Assembly (NCBI GenBank): GCA_965644295.1
Contig: CBFFRP010000322.1
Coordinates: forward strand, 6,085 to 70,084
Length of the DNA stretch: 64,000 nt
Reading direction: 5' to 3'
DNA from: Paraphysomonas bandaiensis
Taxonomy: Eukaryota > Protista > Chrysophyceae
Below are positions 30,518-44,231 of the stretch, piece by piece; positions within the stretch are counted from its first letter, which is position 1, and every line of letters starts with the position of its first letter. Position numbers and translations under genes: made by a program. Under the pieces are notes generated by a model that worked only from the letters and a program-made list of their open reading frames with translations, did no database searches and had not been told where the DNA came from.

Positions 30518-31033
30518 TTAGAATTTGTGAATACGAATTACAACGATACAGTTACCAAATATTAGATTGAGATCGCAAATAACTTGTCCTGAACAAATTG
30601 AATTTAATCCAGGGAATGCTGCGTTAATTCTACTTGGTTGTTGAATTTCTTCATTAACTGCATAACAGGCGATTTTTCCGTGATGGTACTGAAATCCACC
30701 TATAACAATTTGTGGTGCTTGAATTAAAGCGATAGTTCCTGCTCCCGATTGAAAATCATCAACCTTTAACGACTGAAACGTTTGCAGAATGTCGTAAACC
30801 TCCAACTGTACTGCCACAGGCACGTACGGATATGCAAGTGGTCCAAATTGTGGCAACAATACCGGGTCGACTTCGTTATCATCTTGTAAGAACTGGAAGA
30901 ACAACTGATGGCCTTCGGGAGATTCCACTAACTCCACAATTTTAAATTCGCAATCATCACGAAAATTGACACCATCGCAGTTTCTGAGCCCCAACAAAAC
31001 ATCATCAGGTAAATTTGCATCAACAGACGTCAT
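30518..31033 (-). CDS. Hypothetical protein, possibly cargo or remnant within a decayed element
   Basis: 171-aa ATG-started ORF with globular composition; no family recognised. Confidence 0.4.
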   Translation of the reverse strand: MTSVDANLPDDVLLGLRNCDGVNFRDDCEFKIVELVESPEGHQLFFQFLQDDNEVDPVLLPQFGPLAYPYVPVAVQLEVYDILQTFQSLKVDDFQSGAGTIALIQAPQIVIGGFQYHHGKIACYAVNEEIQQPSRINAAFPGLNSICSGQVICDLNLIFGNCIVVIRIHKF

Positions 31034-31099
31034 TTTAAAACTTATTAAACTTATAGTAAGAACATCCAGCTATATGACCATACTACACTCTGAGTGATG

Positions 31100-32101
31100 C
31101 CCCTCCTACCTTGCTTTGTTCCTTCGTATCTTTGGGGGTCATATCTAGATACTTCTGTCGTCTTTGCTTGCTGTCTTGGAAGTCAAAAAGATATTGTGCT
31201 TGTACTTTCGATAGTTTCTGTCTTTTGTCCTCCTATAAATTCCTGCTTTTTCATCATATTCTGGCAAAAATGTCTTAGTGTGTGTGTACTATGTAAAATG
31301 AAATCCCCTGGTTTTTCACTCAAATATGCCACAAAACTACACATTTTCAAGATAATAATCGGCATATTGTCCACAGAATCCAGAGACAGATGTCTGTTAG
31401 CTTCACATACAGGATACGATGCGATACTTTTACAGTAATAAGAGGAACGCAGGCTGTGATATGATCATAACCTCACTGGGAATACATGAGCTCATAGTTC
31501 TTTCATGCCACATGCTGCTGGTTGTTGATTTAGCTGGTGAAAGGTATGGTTAAGTGGCAATCATACAGGAGAGTTGGTCTATTTCAAAGACAGAGATAGC
31601 AGAGTTGATTCCATGACCATAACACCAGAGGGCTCTCAGGTAATACGATCGGATGATATTGTAATATATTCAATTTAGTGGTTCGAAACAGAGCATATGA
31701 ATATACTCACTCATACTGCAGAGCTGATCATCAGAGTACTATGACTGTATCATTTATAGATACTTTCTCATAGTATCCTCTGCGTATTGATGTATATGAG
31801 TACTGTGTTGAAGCATGTCACTCATTGTTGACGTCCAGCATACTCTGCGGAGCCGAATCTCTCCCTGCACTCGATTGTCATGCATCAGCAGTGGAGTCTT
31901 GGGGTAATGCGATTGGATAATATTGTGAAAATGATAATGTGATGATATGATACAGAGCGTATGAAGAAACAGAATGCTTACGTGCTGCAGCAAAGGTTGC
32001 ATATATATGGCAATGGCATGTAGCTGTTTGTGCGCTCGTGCGTCGGTCAATGTCACATCGCTGAAGTTAGGCATAGTCAGTTTGGTTGATTGAACATTCA
32101 A
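31100..32101 (-). pseudogene. Possible degraded CACTA/Plavaka-type transposase remnant
   Basis: With two frameshifts the minus strand reads HYPKTPLLMH / IECRERFGSAEYA / WTSTMSDMLQH, resembling the PKxHxxxH...FG...T...ExxH pattern. There are many stops and frameshifts. Confidence 0.3.
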
Positions 32102-33603
32102 AGTATGTATTTACCATAAAATTTTCTTGCCATAAGTAAGCTCGATCACTAACAACACTTACAATCTTCTTCCAATGCTTGTGATGCTGTAGAGTATTAA
32201 CTGTGTAGATTCACGGCATCAGTGTTACGTTACTTACATACATTGTGTGGCCTTTAGTGTGTAGGCAAAGTTGAACTCTGAAGCAAAATGAAGGCGAATT
32301 GAGGTGAGGGGTGAGTCATTGAGGGCGGGTAGAGGCGCAACTCAATAACGACTCATTGAGAGGAACAAATGAGTTGCGTGAATATACAGTGTGTGTATTA
32401 GAACTCAACATTACAGACAGAAAAAATGCTTTTGTTTTCACTCCCACTACAAAGGTGAGTGTGAAAATGCTTGTCAGAATAGACGAGTATTTTGATCATC
32501 ACACCACAACAGATATCCTCACACAATGATGACCTGTACAAAGACAAGTTCTTAAGTCGAACTGAGTGAGCAGTCGTACTGATAAACCAACCAAACTAAT
32601 CTTGTAAAATTGCTTTCTATATTAGATTGTTAATTAAAAATAAATTCAGGTGAGTGGTAGAAAGTTATTACTGACATAAATAAAATTTATGCTAATATTA
32701 TTGTTGCTGGTGTTGGAGTTACATTTTCGCAGATTGGCTCTTACTTTCAAATTAAGAAGGACCGAAAATATCAGACCGACAGCGAGCGAATGATTTAGAA
32801 GCGGATGATGAATGAGTATACCGGAAATGATTGCTAATTATTTGGGTTGCATGGATCATAATGATGCTTTTGATAAGGGAAAAACACTCACGCTTCCGGA
32901 ACAAAAGTCTTTGGATGCACTAATGAAGTGTTAATTGAACAAAAGAAAAGTAAAACAATTGAAGTGAAGTCAAGTCAAGTGATGGAGAGACGGTGAAGTG
33001 AAACGAAGTAAAGGTATTCTTTGTATGAACCTAAAAGTGCACATTCATCTCTGATTCTTTCATCCAGTGTCTGTTTTTATTCACTGACTCCTATTTATGC
33101 ATTCATACAAGGGAATAAAAACAATCGAATTTGACAGCCACCAACACAACTCATTCAACACAAACTTGTTACCCTGTATGAATGCATAATGTACCTCAGT
33201 TACACCGGTGTTCACTCCTAACCCGTGAACCGGTATTGTCGGTCACGTGCTGTATACGTATACACACAGGATCCTGGGTGTGGATCTTAAACGAAACGCG
33301 TGAAAGGAAATATTTATTTACTCTTTTTTATTGTAGTTATACTCATTAAACTTGTTATATTATTAGCATTAAATAGTCAGAAATATCAACACCCCTATAT
33401 CGTGAAATATGTTGGCGACAAACTCACATATATATGAACTACTTTACGTAGGAATCAAATGGCTGCAATATCAAGCGCCCTTTTCATGTTTTGCAAGGTT
33501 TCACATATTCTAATTTTAGAGTCATAACATACATCACTGTGATATATAAGTAAACGAATAGTAATTGATATGTGAACACATATACACTATTGTCGCATCG
33601 ATA

Positions 33604-36544
33604 TTACAATTGAGGGCTCCAACACATGACATTGCCATCGGCACCCGAGGTAAAGATATCACTGGTGACTGGACAAAACGAAGAGCACAATATTTTGTCT
33701 GTATGACCAACTAATGATACTATTTTCACAAATTTAAAAGAATCGCTGGCAACTCGGCCGTGAGTAGCATCGCGATGTAGACTCCACACACTACCATTTC
33801 CATCAAACGAGGTCGTCAATGCGCAGAGCCCACCAAAAGGGGCTTCATTCCACAGAGCAACACTTCGCACGTCCGCACCATGTACAGAATACGAGCTTAG
33901 TAATCGCCTCTCTCTGGTGTCCAAAAGTGAGATAGACCCATTCGCATGGCCAACAATCGCCAATCCATCATCAGGAAGGGATTGGCATGAACATATGCCC
34001 TTACCGCCGAGGTCTACACTCCATACAACTGACGCCGTACGAGTATCTTGAGCAAGTAGAAGTCCCTTGTCACAACCTGTTAAAATGGTATTTGGAGCCA
34101 GCCATGACACACCGTGGATGTGTGCCTGATGTGCTGTCATCTTTGTGCATGAGCCTATTGTTAAAAAAGTTTAAACATGGCGAGGGAGAGTTTTAAAAAA
34201 CCTACCAGTCTGTACATCCCAAACACGCAATCTACAATCTCCAGCACCTCCAGAGGCAAGATCACTTCCTTCACCGTAAGGTGAGAATCGAACGGATCGC
34301 ACAGTGCCGTTGTGATCTTTCAACGTACCAGCAACCCCATATGTCGAGTGTTGCGTTCTTCCTGTGCTTCTACTACAAGTGATTAGTCCAACACTGTATA
34401 GCAAAGATAACATGTCATCACCTAATTATCCGAATTTGTCTATCATTTGATCCAGTGGCGAGAACTGCTGCATCCTTCGACCAGTCGCAGGTATATACGC
34501 TACATTTGTCGCCATGGTGGACCCCCTTTAGTTCACTCATTACTTCTACAGACTTGCTAGGCCTACTCATTCCCAATATACAAAGAGTGTTCGAGTTGCT
34601 GCCAATAGCAATACGAACCTGTTGGCCCTTGACCTGTTCAATGCTGTCAGTAACAAGGCTATCATCCAATGGATCGTCTGAGGAAAAGGTAGCAACACAG
34701 CGAAGGGGGGTGGAATCCCGTCTGATGCATACAGGACTGACATCGATACCACCTGGAGAAATCTCGCTCCAACGCACTGCGACACTTTTCTGTCGTCTGA
34801 TTACAGCCGACTGTGGCGCTTCTCTAGAGTGTGATTGGTATGCCATCCTGTCATATCTGGTGGGGGCTGGTTTGTGATGGTGTTCTACTCTGTCTACTCT
34901 ATGGGCACGATCAGTTACATTGCTATGGCCTTCTCTTGTGCTCTGGCTGATTGTGGAGGCTGTTAGCCCTGCTGTCGACACAGTTTGCACTCCAGTTGCC
35001 AACGAGTTCGCACTAAACACTGTGGTCTCGTCATGCTGCACTACCGCCTCTCGACCATCCTGTTCATCACGTTGCCCTGATAATCTACTATTCCCAGAGT
35101 CTCGTGAGTGCTGATTCGAATAGTTATGTCCCAAATGTTGTTCACGCGTATGCTGTACTACCGCCTCTCGACCATCCTGTTCATCACGTTGCCCTGATAA
35201 TCTACTATTCCCAGAGTCTCGTGAGTGCTGATTCGAATAGTTATGTCCCAAATGTTGTTCACGCGTATGCTGTACTACCGCCTCTCGACCATCCTGTTCA
35301 TCACGTTGCCCTGAGAATTTACTATTCCCAGAGTCTCGTGAGTGCTGATTCGAGTTGCCATATCCCAAATGTTGTTCGTGAACTTCAAGGTTTCTTCTCT
35401 TGTCAGGGGATCTTCCAACATCGGTAGTCCACTTCAAGGGTGGTTTCGTTGCAGACACGGCGTCAGTTTTAGAATGATTTCTACATTCAACGCCCTTCCC
35501 ACTATCCGATGCACAGCGATCGCTACACGATTGGTTATTAGGTTTACTCTTCAAAATCGTCAATCTGGGAAGGTTGCTGGGCATTCCTCGAGGGATGTCA
35601 GGATATAACAATCCGACCTCATCTACAGCTACTTTTATTGGAGCCGTTGGATAACTACTCTGAGAAGGCTTTGCACGATTTACGCAACACTCCAACCCCA
35701 ATGCAATCATTTCCTCTAGGCCATGTGTCGGGTAGTTAGACGAAGCGCAATATTCAGGTAGCACATCCTTCAGCAGATCTAATATAGCATCAACACATTC
35801 GAAGCGACCTCGTGTCACTGTCCATTCCGAATAGTCCGGGCTCTCCGAGAGAGACGAGAAAGTAAGGCAGTTGCAAAGCTTATTAAACTCCTATGTATAA
35901 ACATATTCGTGACCTCATACGAGGACACTGAATAAACTATATCGTACCACTTGAGAACACAAATCTTCTAACGACTTGAGGACTTCCATAACTCTATCCA
36001 TTACGACTTCGTCATTAGTGTCAGTGAATCCTCCCTCCGATAATTGTCGAAGTGGTCGCCAAGGAGTGACATCAATATGAGTATCCTTCGCTCCCTGCCA
36101 GCACAATGCTTCTAAATATTGCTGCTTTCGGATCTCAAATGTGACCTGTATGCATATCACCATCACACCATACTATGAATGTTGCATAGAATGTACACCA
36201 ATATATTACCTTATCGAAGTTTGAGACATACCTCTTGAGAGGACTCACATAAGCACATACGTCATCCCATCTGCATATGTATGAAACACAAATCTCCTCA
36301 ATCGACTGCACAATATACACACTCACCTGCCACTGAGTATAAGCTGCTGCAGACACAGGGCCGCATCTCCTCTCTCCACCTCCGCCTGTCCTGTCTCCAG
36401 AGAAAACATGCAGAGGGTGTCGAAGAGGGCGTGTCTTCTCATGTGTTCCTATGATCCATCTGCAGTTATACATGTGTGTGTATGTGTGTGTATGTGTACC
36501 ATGATGAGGCTGTTCAGTGACCGTTCATCCAACTCGAACTCCAT
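33604..36544 (-). CDS. WDR47: WDR47-like LisH/CTLH + WD40 protein, multi-exon
   Basis: Spliced N-terminus LNSLIM|EHMRRHALFDTL (LisH), LQQLILSGR|WDDV, IRKQQYLEALC, LKSLEDLC..FNKLCNCLT. C-terminal WD40s: IGSNSNTL, SVYTCDWS..LATGSNDRQI, HNGTVRSVRF. Confidence 0.85.
35032..35381. repeat. Coding tandem repeat, 117 bp (39 aa) x about 3, inside WDR47
   Basis: CCAGAGTCTCGTGAGTGCTGATTCGA recurs at 117-bp spacing. Peptide unit EQHLGHNYSNQHSRDSGNSRLSGQRDEQDGREAVVQHTR. Confidence 0.95.
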
Positions 36545-37292
36545 TATGTAATACGCCTGCGCCTGTTAGATGGGATGGTCTTAGTGGAGGGCTGTAAAGG
36601 GCACTCTACCACACCCAGTAAGCTGCACTATGATACTTTGATATAATATGAGCAGAGGGTTACAGTCTACAGGCACAAGAGCAGGGTGGGGATGTCGTAC
36701 TGCTGTACTGTACACACTGTACAGCAGTACATACTGTATATGTATGTGTATCTAGAGCAGAGGATCTTATTGCAGTACTTTCTATTCACTGGAAATCAGC
36801 TATTTATATGTATATAAACAGCAGTAAACCTCTAGTTTTTTTGTATTAAACGCGGTTTTGCCCAATTACTGCTGATCCAGTGGCATCCTTGATACATGCT
36901 GCTGTACATCCTAGAGCCATATATGCATATATATATATGGACTGCAGGCAAGCTTATATATGCATATAGCATATGAGTGGCACCACATACGGTATCTTGC
37001 TAGCTAAGATGATCAAAATCAATAACGTTAGACACGAATTTCATGACAGTCACAGTAATTCAGAGTCATATATAAGGAGAGACTGTGTGAGGGGTTGGAC
37101 AGCTGTGTCAGTAGCTCATTGCTGTTATCTCTTCAGATACACAAACGCTTTGAACTGATAATTCAATCCCATAGAAGCCTCGACTGGATTATACGTCTAT
37201 GAGTGGGAGGTTGTATATATATATACTAATTATCATATTTACAGTCCACAAGCATATTCACATCAAAGAATCCATAACACTCAATAGTGCAA

Positions 37293-40200
37293 CTAAAGAT
37301 CATCAGAATTCCCCATGGTACTCAGAACAGAGTCAAAAGTTCCACTGCTGTACGTGCTTCTATCATGAATCTGTGATATGACACTATCATTACTACCACT
37401 GTCAACGCTTACAATATGTTGGCCCCTTGATATACGTGCTAATAGCCTTTCTCGAGCTCTAATCGCATCACTTACTTCTTGGGTTGTAAAGTGTCCACGC
37501 GATGTGTCATAAGCACTAATAACATAAAGTTTGCTCTTCGTCGCAGGCGAAGATACAGATTGACTGAGTGATTGATGCGATGAGTCATCCGAAGATTTGA
37601 CCAGAGTCTCCATAAATAGAGAAATTCTGTCAGGGAGCGAAAAACGTGAGCTCGAATACTGATCGTCTCTGTATGCTGTCGACGTCCCCTGTTTATCTAC
37701 GTCCTCCATGGAGGCGTCATTGGATTGATGAGGCTGCCATGCCATTGATCGGGAAGATTCGTCGTTAGAAGTTTGGGATTCCAGCTCCGCTACATATCCC
37801 GATATAAATATAGATGTCACAGTTTGCATGAAAAGAAGCACGCCAATGAAGTACCAGAGCACAAAGAATATCCTCATGTGCAATTGTGTAACTGATGTCA
37901 TTCCTTCGGACACCACATCCCACCCGCTAACATGTAGGAGACTCGTCAGGGTGACATAGGCGGACGGAACGGTATTAAAATTAAGATCGTAGTAGTTATT
38001 TTTTCCATAATCAGTATCTTGAAGAGCCTAAATCATATTATTAGTCGTTCTGTCGCAATATCTGTCTCAAATGTCCACCAAATTTACGCAAACATAAAGC
38101 ACAGATCAATATACGAAAGATCAAACTTCTTACCTCATACTGACTTCGATTCTCATCACGGTTCACCAATCCTCCAAATAAAGACACACCAACGAGTGCA
38201 AATACGTGCATGATACACACAAAAGTAACTACCAGTGCTCCAAGTGATTTCGAAATTCGAGTCGTCGTTCTAATAGCAAAGGAAAAGTTGGAAGATGGAT
38301 ACAAGTAGTCAATGTTTCTAATCACCAATAAAATTCGGATCAACGAAATTATGCTATGTATTCATTACTTACGATTAACAAAATAAAATACTTATATACC
38401 TGGTCCACAAATGCGCCGTTTTGTAGGGTTTAGCTACACCCCCTTGTAGTTGTGCAGGGTTGTCGACGTATATTAGCATTACCCACAGGAACATTACAAC
38501 TGCGATGCAGATGTTGAACCATCCCCATGGTCTTGAAATCAAACGTGTGGGTCCCAATAATACCAAAAGAAAGGCAATATCAGAAACCATGATGACAGCC
38601 ATAATGGCTTTAATCCAATCTGTCTCGGCATTTGCGGAATATATCGATGGGTTGATACACAAGCACAAGCCACCAAGAAAGCACAAAACTCCATCCACAG
38701 TAGCATTATACGCTGGTGACGATGCTATATTGAATAATATTTTAAATTCAGCACTTTGAAATACACGCGGAAATCTTTCTAGATAATGACCTTGTACCTA
38801 TACATGTAACAGGTTATCACAATGTCAAACAACAGAAAACATTGCATACCCGCTCTTCAACTAATATTTGTGTAAGATGCAGTATCCACTTAAACTGCTC
38901 TTCGTATATACGTCCATTGCTCCTAACATCTAACCCTGCGGCAAGAACTGCAATCTCATCATCACTCGGAATTTTATAATATACTTGGCGAAACTCTGGG
39001 TAATAGAAATACAGCTCGTGAAGCAAGTCTCGGACTTGATTACACGACAAATATCCACGACCGACTACATCCATAGTGGAAAAAGCAAGTTTGATATTGT
39101 TCTCCCGATTAGACTGTTTTCTACTGTTTATAGTTTGCATACCGTGTTCATATTCAGCCATAACAATTGCCAAAACAAGATTCAACATTAAAACACTTCC
39201 AGCGGACAAATACCCAAAAAAGTATATGAAAGAACTGCGGTTAACTGAATAGTAAGGTATAATTTGATTTGGTAACCCTGCTGTTGTTATTGATACGAAA
39301 ACATTCCACGTAGTGTGGTAATAAGTATCAAAAAAATGAGTTTGCTCCCTGTCAACTTTGTATTCGTCGAACTCGCAGACGACGTAGCCAACTGTTGATG
39401 CAACAACTACCAACACCATCAGAAAAAGAAGACTAAGTCCATACCTAAATATGTATATTAATGTAAATATCACATTTTGAGCATGGTGTTGACAACCTTG
39501 GAAGTGCTTGCATCAGTACTCTGAGATTCGAGGCACTTTCGTAGTCAAACCATATTATGTACACGACGCTCAGCCAGGCAGATGGTCGAGATAATTGTGA
39601 TATTCTACTCACTGAGCCGTTTCCAAACGAATAAATAACAGAAATACACTCAATTATATTGATGATTATCAAGAGAACTCTTACAACCCGCTTTGTGCTG
39701 ATGTTATGGAAGTATTGGTTACTCGACAAAAAGGATAGTGTCTGACTGCAAAGCTCGAATGCACGGTATCTGGACAGAGTGTGGAAGTCATTGGCATCGC
39801 CTGCTGTAGACTCTTTGGTGAGGCGTTCAGACATGTATTTCACCTCTAAAACCAAGCCAATTGTAATCACTACAATACAGATGAGTGCAAAATCAGCGGA
39901 AGCACGGGCTGACAATAAAGTGAAATTCGCCATAGGGTAGATATTTCTATTGTCATAGTCCGCCGGAGGATCATCGACAATCCACACTGGCTTCGATATA
40001 AATGATAAAATGAGTAGTCCCCAAGCAGCAGATTGAAACGCACCGGCAAACTACACAATACAACAGTCTGGTTATCAATCAAGTAGCAGTATCACATTCT
40101 ATTTATTTGACACTAATATCAGGGCCTTACCCTGTGTCTAATTTGAAAGCAAGAATGAGCCGTGGTTGTAAAAAACTCATGGCGCCCTCTTCCACGCCTA

Positions 40201-43200
40201 GCAGCATGAAGGAGGGCGGCTGCACTCATGACAACAGTTATTTTGCTCTCATCCTGGCGTTTACGGAATAAAAAAAATACAAACAATTGTTTGATATATT
40301 ACCTCACCATCGACGTGCGTTTCTGTTCTACTACACCAGCTACTATCATCATGCTGTTGTACAGAAGAGTCTATAGCCGACGGCACCCGCTTTCTATCAG
40401 CTGATTCATCTCCACTACTTTCATGTACTGAAGGACATAAACCAGGAGCTGCAGTCATCATAGTGGCATCTCTCATGTAACCATCGTTGTTACCATGCGC
40501 TGTCAATCGACAGGAATTAGCGCGCCGTTTCTGCACACCTACTACACCATCAATCGTTTCTGACGATGGAGAGGCCCATACCTGAGAATTGTAACTCGCT
40601 GACAGCTCGTATACTCTCCCCTTCCCACAGAAGAGAACTACGGTGTAACCAGTCCGATACTCCGTCCTGATATTCGCCGGTATTCAGTTGTCCTTGATCA
40701 CAGATCTTCGATTCAACGGACAGACTTCCGCCTAATGGATTCACATTTTCTGATAAAATTGATTCGTCATATACACTCATATCTTGCGATTTTCGGGTAA
40801 CCCAAAACGATATAACAGAAGTCAGTAACGAGGCAGTCAAAAGATTTAGGAAAAGGATAACTCCGCACGAATACCAAGCACTGACGAATATTTTTACCAG
40901 TGCAGGGTCACCGCATGATATCAATCCATCAGCAATAATATGCATGTTGCTGACTAACAACAGAGTATACAATGTGCCCATCGATGAAAAAAAATCGTTG
41001 AAATTTAATGGGTAATAATCATTTTTTCCGTATGATGATTGAGATATGGATGGGTAAGTTGTCGTGCCCTCACTTTGTACTAAGCCTCCAAACAACTACG
41101 TACCCAATCAACACTGAATAACACTTACTCGGCATCAATACTACCTTCATGCCTACTATTGCAAACCCGACTCCAATTATTAACAAAAGAAGTGTTGTAA
41201 AAAGAACGTCGGCCGCACCTGCAGTATTTATTATACGAACGGAAATAAAGTAATATCCATTACCTAGTATGCAATATCGTACTGCAATTTTTAATCGTCT
41301 CTTTCGCAACCTCATCGCATTCAACGACATCACATTTCTGGGTAACACCAATGCTCGGAGAACAAGCATACACTGAAACAGGACTATTTCGTAACATCTC
41401 TTGAAAGCCGAATTGGATTCGTCATCCGTTTCGGCAGACCCGTATCGGCTCTCGTGCTGCAGCAGTTCCCTGAAAGACGAATCATGCAGATATCTTCCCG
41501 TGACGTAGTACACGAAAACAGAAGAAACCTGTATAACCATAATTACATGTACACAGAATGTGCTAAAACAAGGCACTTCCTACCATGCCAATAGCAACGA
41601 AAATATCAAGTGTACTCCCATAGCTTTTAATCATGCTGAAAGAGATTAGTCAGTAAATTTAGATATAGATGATTACCTTCTCCAACCTCTGCATACCAAC
41701 CGCACAGCGGTTTCAAGGAGTGCAAAGGCAGTAATACATAGCATGAAAACTTTACCAGGATAAAATAAAAAGCATATCATAAAGAAAAAGAAAATTAGGT
41801 CGGTGACAAAGTTGAACCTCTTAGATATTACTAAATTATGTGCAACCAGACATTGCCTTGACCATTCAGGCCACAACGATGCCCACTTTAACACACACGC
41901 CGAAGGAAATTTTGACTCCATAGAAAGATATCTGGTGGCCAGCCAGCACTGTCGCCACTCCTCATTGAAGTAAATTGGGTATGATGTGCAGGATTGAGTT
42001 TCTCTATCGCTTTCCGAAATTGCTGGCTCAGCAATTTCATTGTCATATTTGCTCAAGCAGGCCAAGTCTACTAAATGTGTGTCCGCTTTGAAAACAATAG
42101 TCAAGAAAAATTGCTGAAACATGGCTAGCGGTATGATGCAGTCCTGATTCTCAACTGATGGTACAACTGACTGAAGAGTAGATTTGTTGCGAATTAATCT
42201 ACCCAACCCATTGGGAGTTACAGGCAATGCCCCCGAGCACAACATCTTTACCAGGGATATCACAGGCATATATACAGGCACATCGTAAAGATCTCGCCAG
42301 TCCTCAGATACAAAATCAGATGGCGTAGTATCAGCAGAAAGAGATGATATTCCATGGGCTCTATTATAGCTACATTCAAGTACTGCTAACAATAAATTTA
42401 CGTCAGAATTGAAGTCGTAATCATTTTTATGACGTGGTCTCCTTAGCCCTCTGATATCGCCAATTCGCGAGGAATATACATGAAGAAGTTTCCGAAAGCA
42501 TACACCAGGAATTCCAGCAGCTTGACCTGAGCCTGTGGAAGAGCTGTTGGCGTCAGAGATAATTCGGTATGCGGCATTAATATTTCGAACTGCTAACTCT
42601 ACAACTCGATGGCGGGATGCCTGCTGTTGCTTCCTGCGATCACATTTCCGACTCAACAAAATCGTAAAAATACACTACACTTTTAAAAACTAACCTAAAG
42701 TGTGCAAAAACTAATGCAGATGCAATGTTAAGCATTCCAAAGGAGCATACCAACACGAATGAGAAGAAAAATATGAAATAAAGCTGAGATTCCTGTGCAG
42801 AAGTGTATAAGCATATCATATGATCTCGGTATTACTCAAAACGAACAGTTTATCTACGCCACAGTAACCTAGACGTCTCATAGACACTATTTCAGTATAA
42901 CACACTACTTCACGACATGGCGTGAGTTCATGCAAATAGAGGTCAATATCCAAGAAAGTGATACTTGAATTAGTAATACTGTCAAGTACCTGGTAGGCAG
43001 AAACTAGGGGATCTGGCCAATCGGCGGCATTCATGACCGTTAGAAGCGTCCAGAGCCCATCTTGTAAAGAAGAAAAGTACCGGTGGCTAGTTTTGCTGGC
43101 AGGATCGAATAACTGGAGTGCTATGAATATATCAGTAAAATGAGAATGCCAAGAAGCTCATATCTATTAGCATCATAAAAGAACAGAGTGACTTACCTAA

Positions 43201-44051
43201 AACAGAATAGAACAAAAGGGCAAGAGCAAGAAGTTTCATGAGAGTTATAAAGCGTAGAAGGGTGGCGAAAGTTATACGTATCATTCCATGAAAGTGCTTT
43301 TCTATCAGGAGTACAAAAATGCATCCTAGAGGAGAGAACGTGCTCAGAGAGCTACCAAGAATACTATATTTTACGGATGGAATGAGTAAAGCGCAGGATC
43401 GTATAATCAACTCGACGAGCTTCAAGATAAACACAACGATGTAAATATACAGCGACCATCGGGCGTCCATTCTTTCGGGACTATTCATGAAACTCCAAGC
43501 ATACTTCTTGCAACTCCCATCGTTGCCGCTTTCAATAGGTAAATACACAATTAGCTCAAACCCAGCTTCGAGAAACAAAGCAAGACCAAGAAAAAACATC
43601 ACCACAGCAAACAAGGCAATGTTAATTTCTTCGCTCATATATGATAAATCGGACATTGGAAACCTATTGTACAAATTATCATTTAAAAAAAATTCAAGTG
43701 ATCACACCTATCAGTATCATTCCATCCCCGGTGGTGGTAAGTCCAATAAGGTTTCTGAAAAGCTTCTACCAGTACCATCCCCCATGCCGCTAACCGAAAC
43801 ACGTACTGATACTGTACGACACAACATACATACCGTTAAACAGCACTCTATGGAGTAGCGATGTACCCTTATTCTCTTCTCATGGCAGTCTCGTTGAAAG
43901 GTGTTAGTGAAGACAACCCCCAGACCATCCCCTGCGAGTATAGTGGATCATGTCATAGCATATGTATGTGTATATATGGAGGGCTCGTACCATCCACAGC
44001 CTGACGAAGTAACGGCACTGCCTTCTCGTAGCAACTGAGCGTATCGGTCAT
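37293..44051 (-). CDS. Two tandem two-pore channel (TPC) units, probably one fused four-domain (4x6TM) channel gene
   Basis: Unit A (44051 to about 40800): YEKAVPLLRQAVDGDGLG, FQKPYW, pore I LWTLLTVMNAADWPDP, pore II FGGLV..YYPLNFNDFFSSMGTLYTLLLVSNM. Unit B (about 40230 to 37293): SAAALLHAARRG, ISKPVW, pore I WNVFVSITTAGLPNQIIP, two EF-hand-like loops, pore II FGGLV..YYDLNFNTVPSAYVTLTSLLHVSGWD. In-frame introns at 40539-40581 and 40254-40302 link A to B. TPC homology is more certain than the fusion. Confidence 0.8.
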
Positions 44052-44231
44052 GGAGTTGTAGGGTCAGGAAACATGATATGATGGCTTGTAATGGGCAAAA
44101 GATCACGTGGCTGCACTATCATGATACAAACACACAGATATATACACACAGACACCCGCCTAATGAAGATTATTGGAAAAAACTTGATACCATGTACAGT
44201 ATAGAGGTACCGTACATAGGTACACACATCA

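Noticed and set aside
34455-35608. Antisense ORFs overlapping WDR47 (similar ones overlap GCN2, the cyclase and the transposases)
   Set aside because: Shadow frames of real coding sequence with no motifs of their own.
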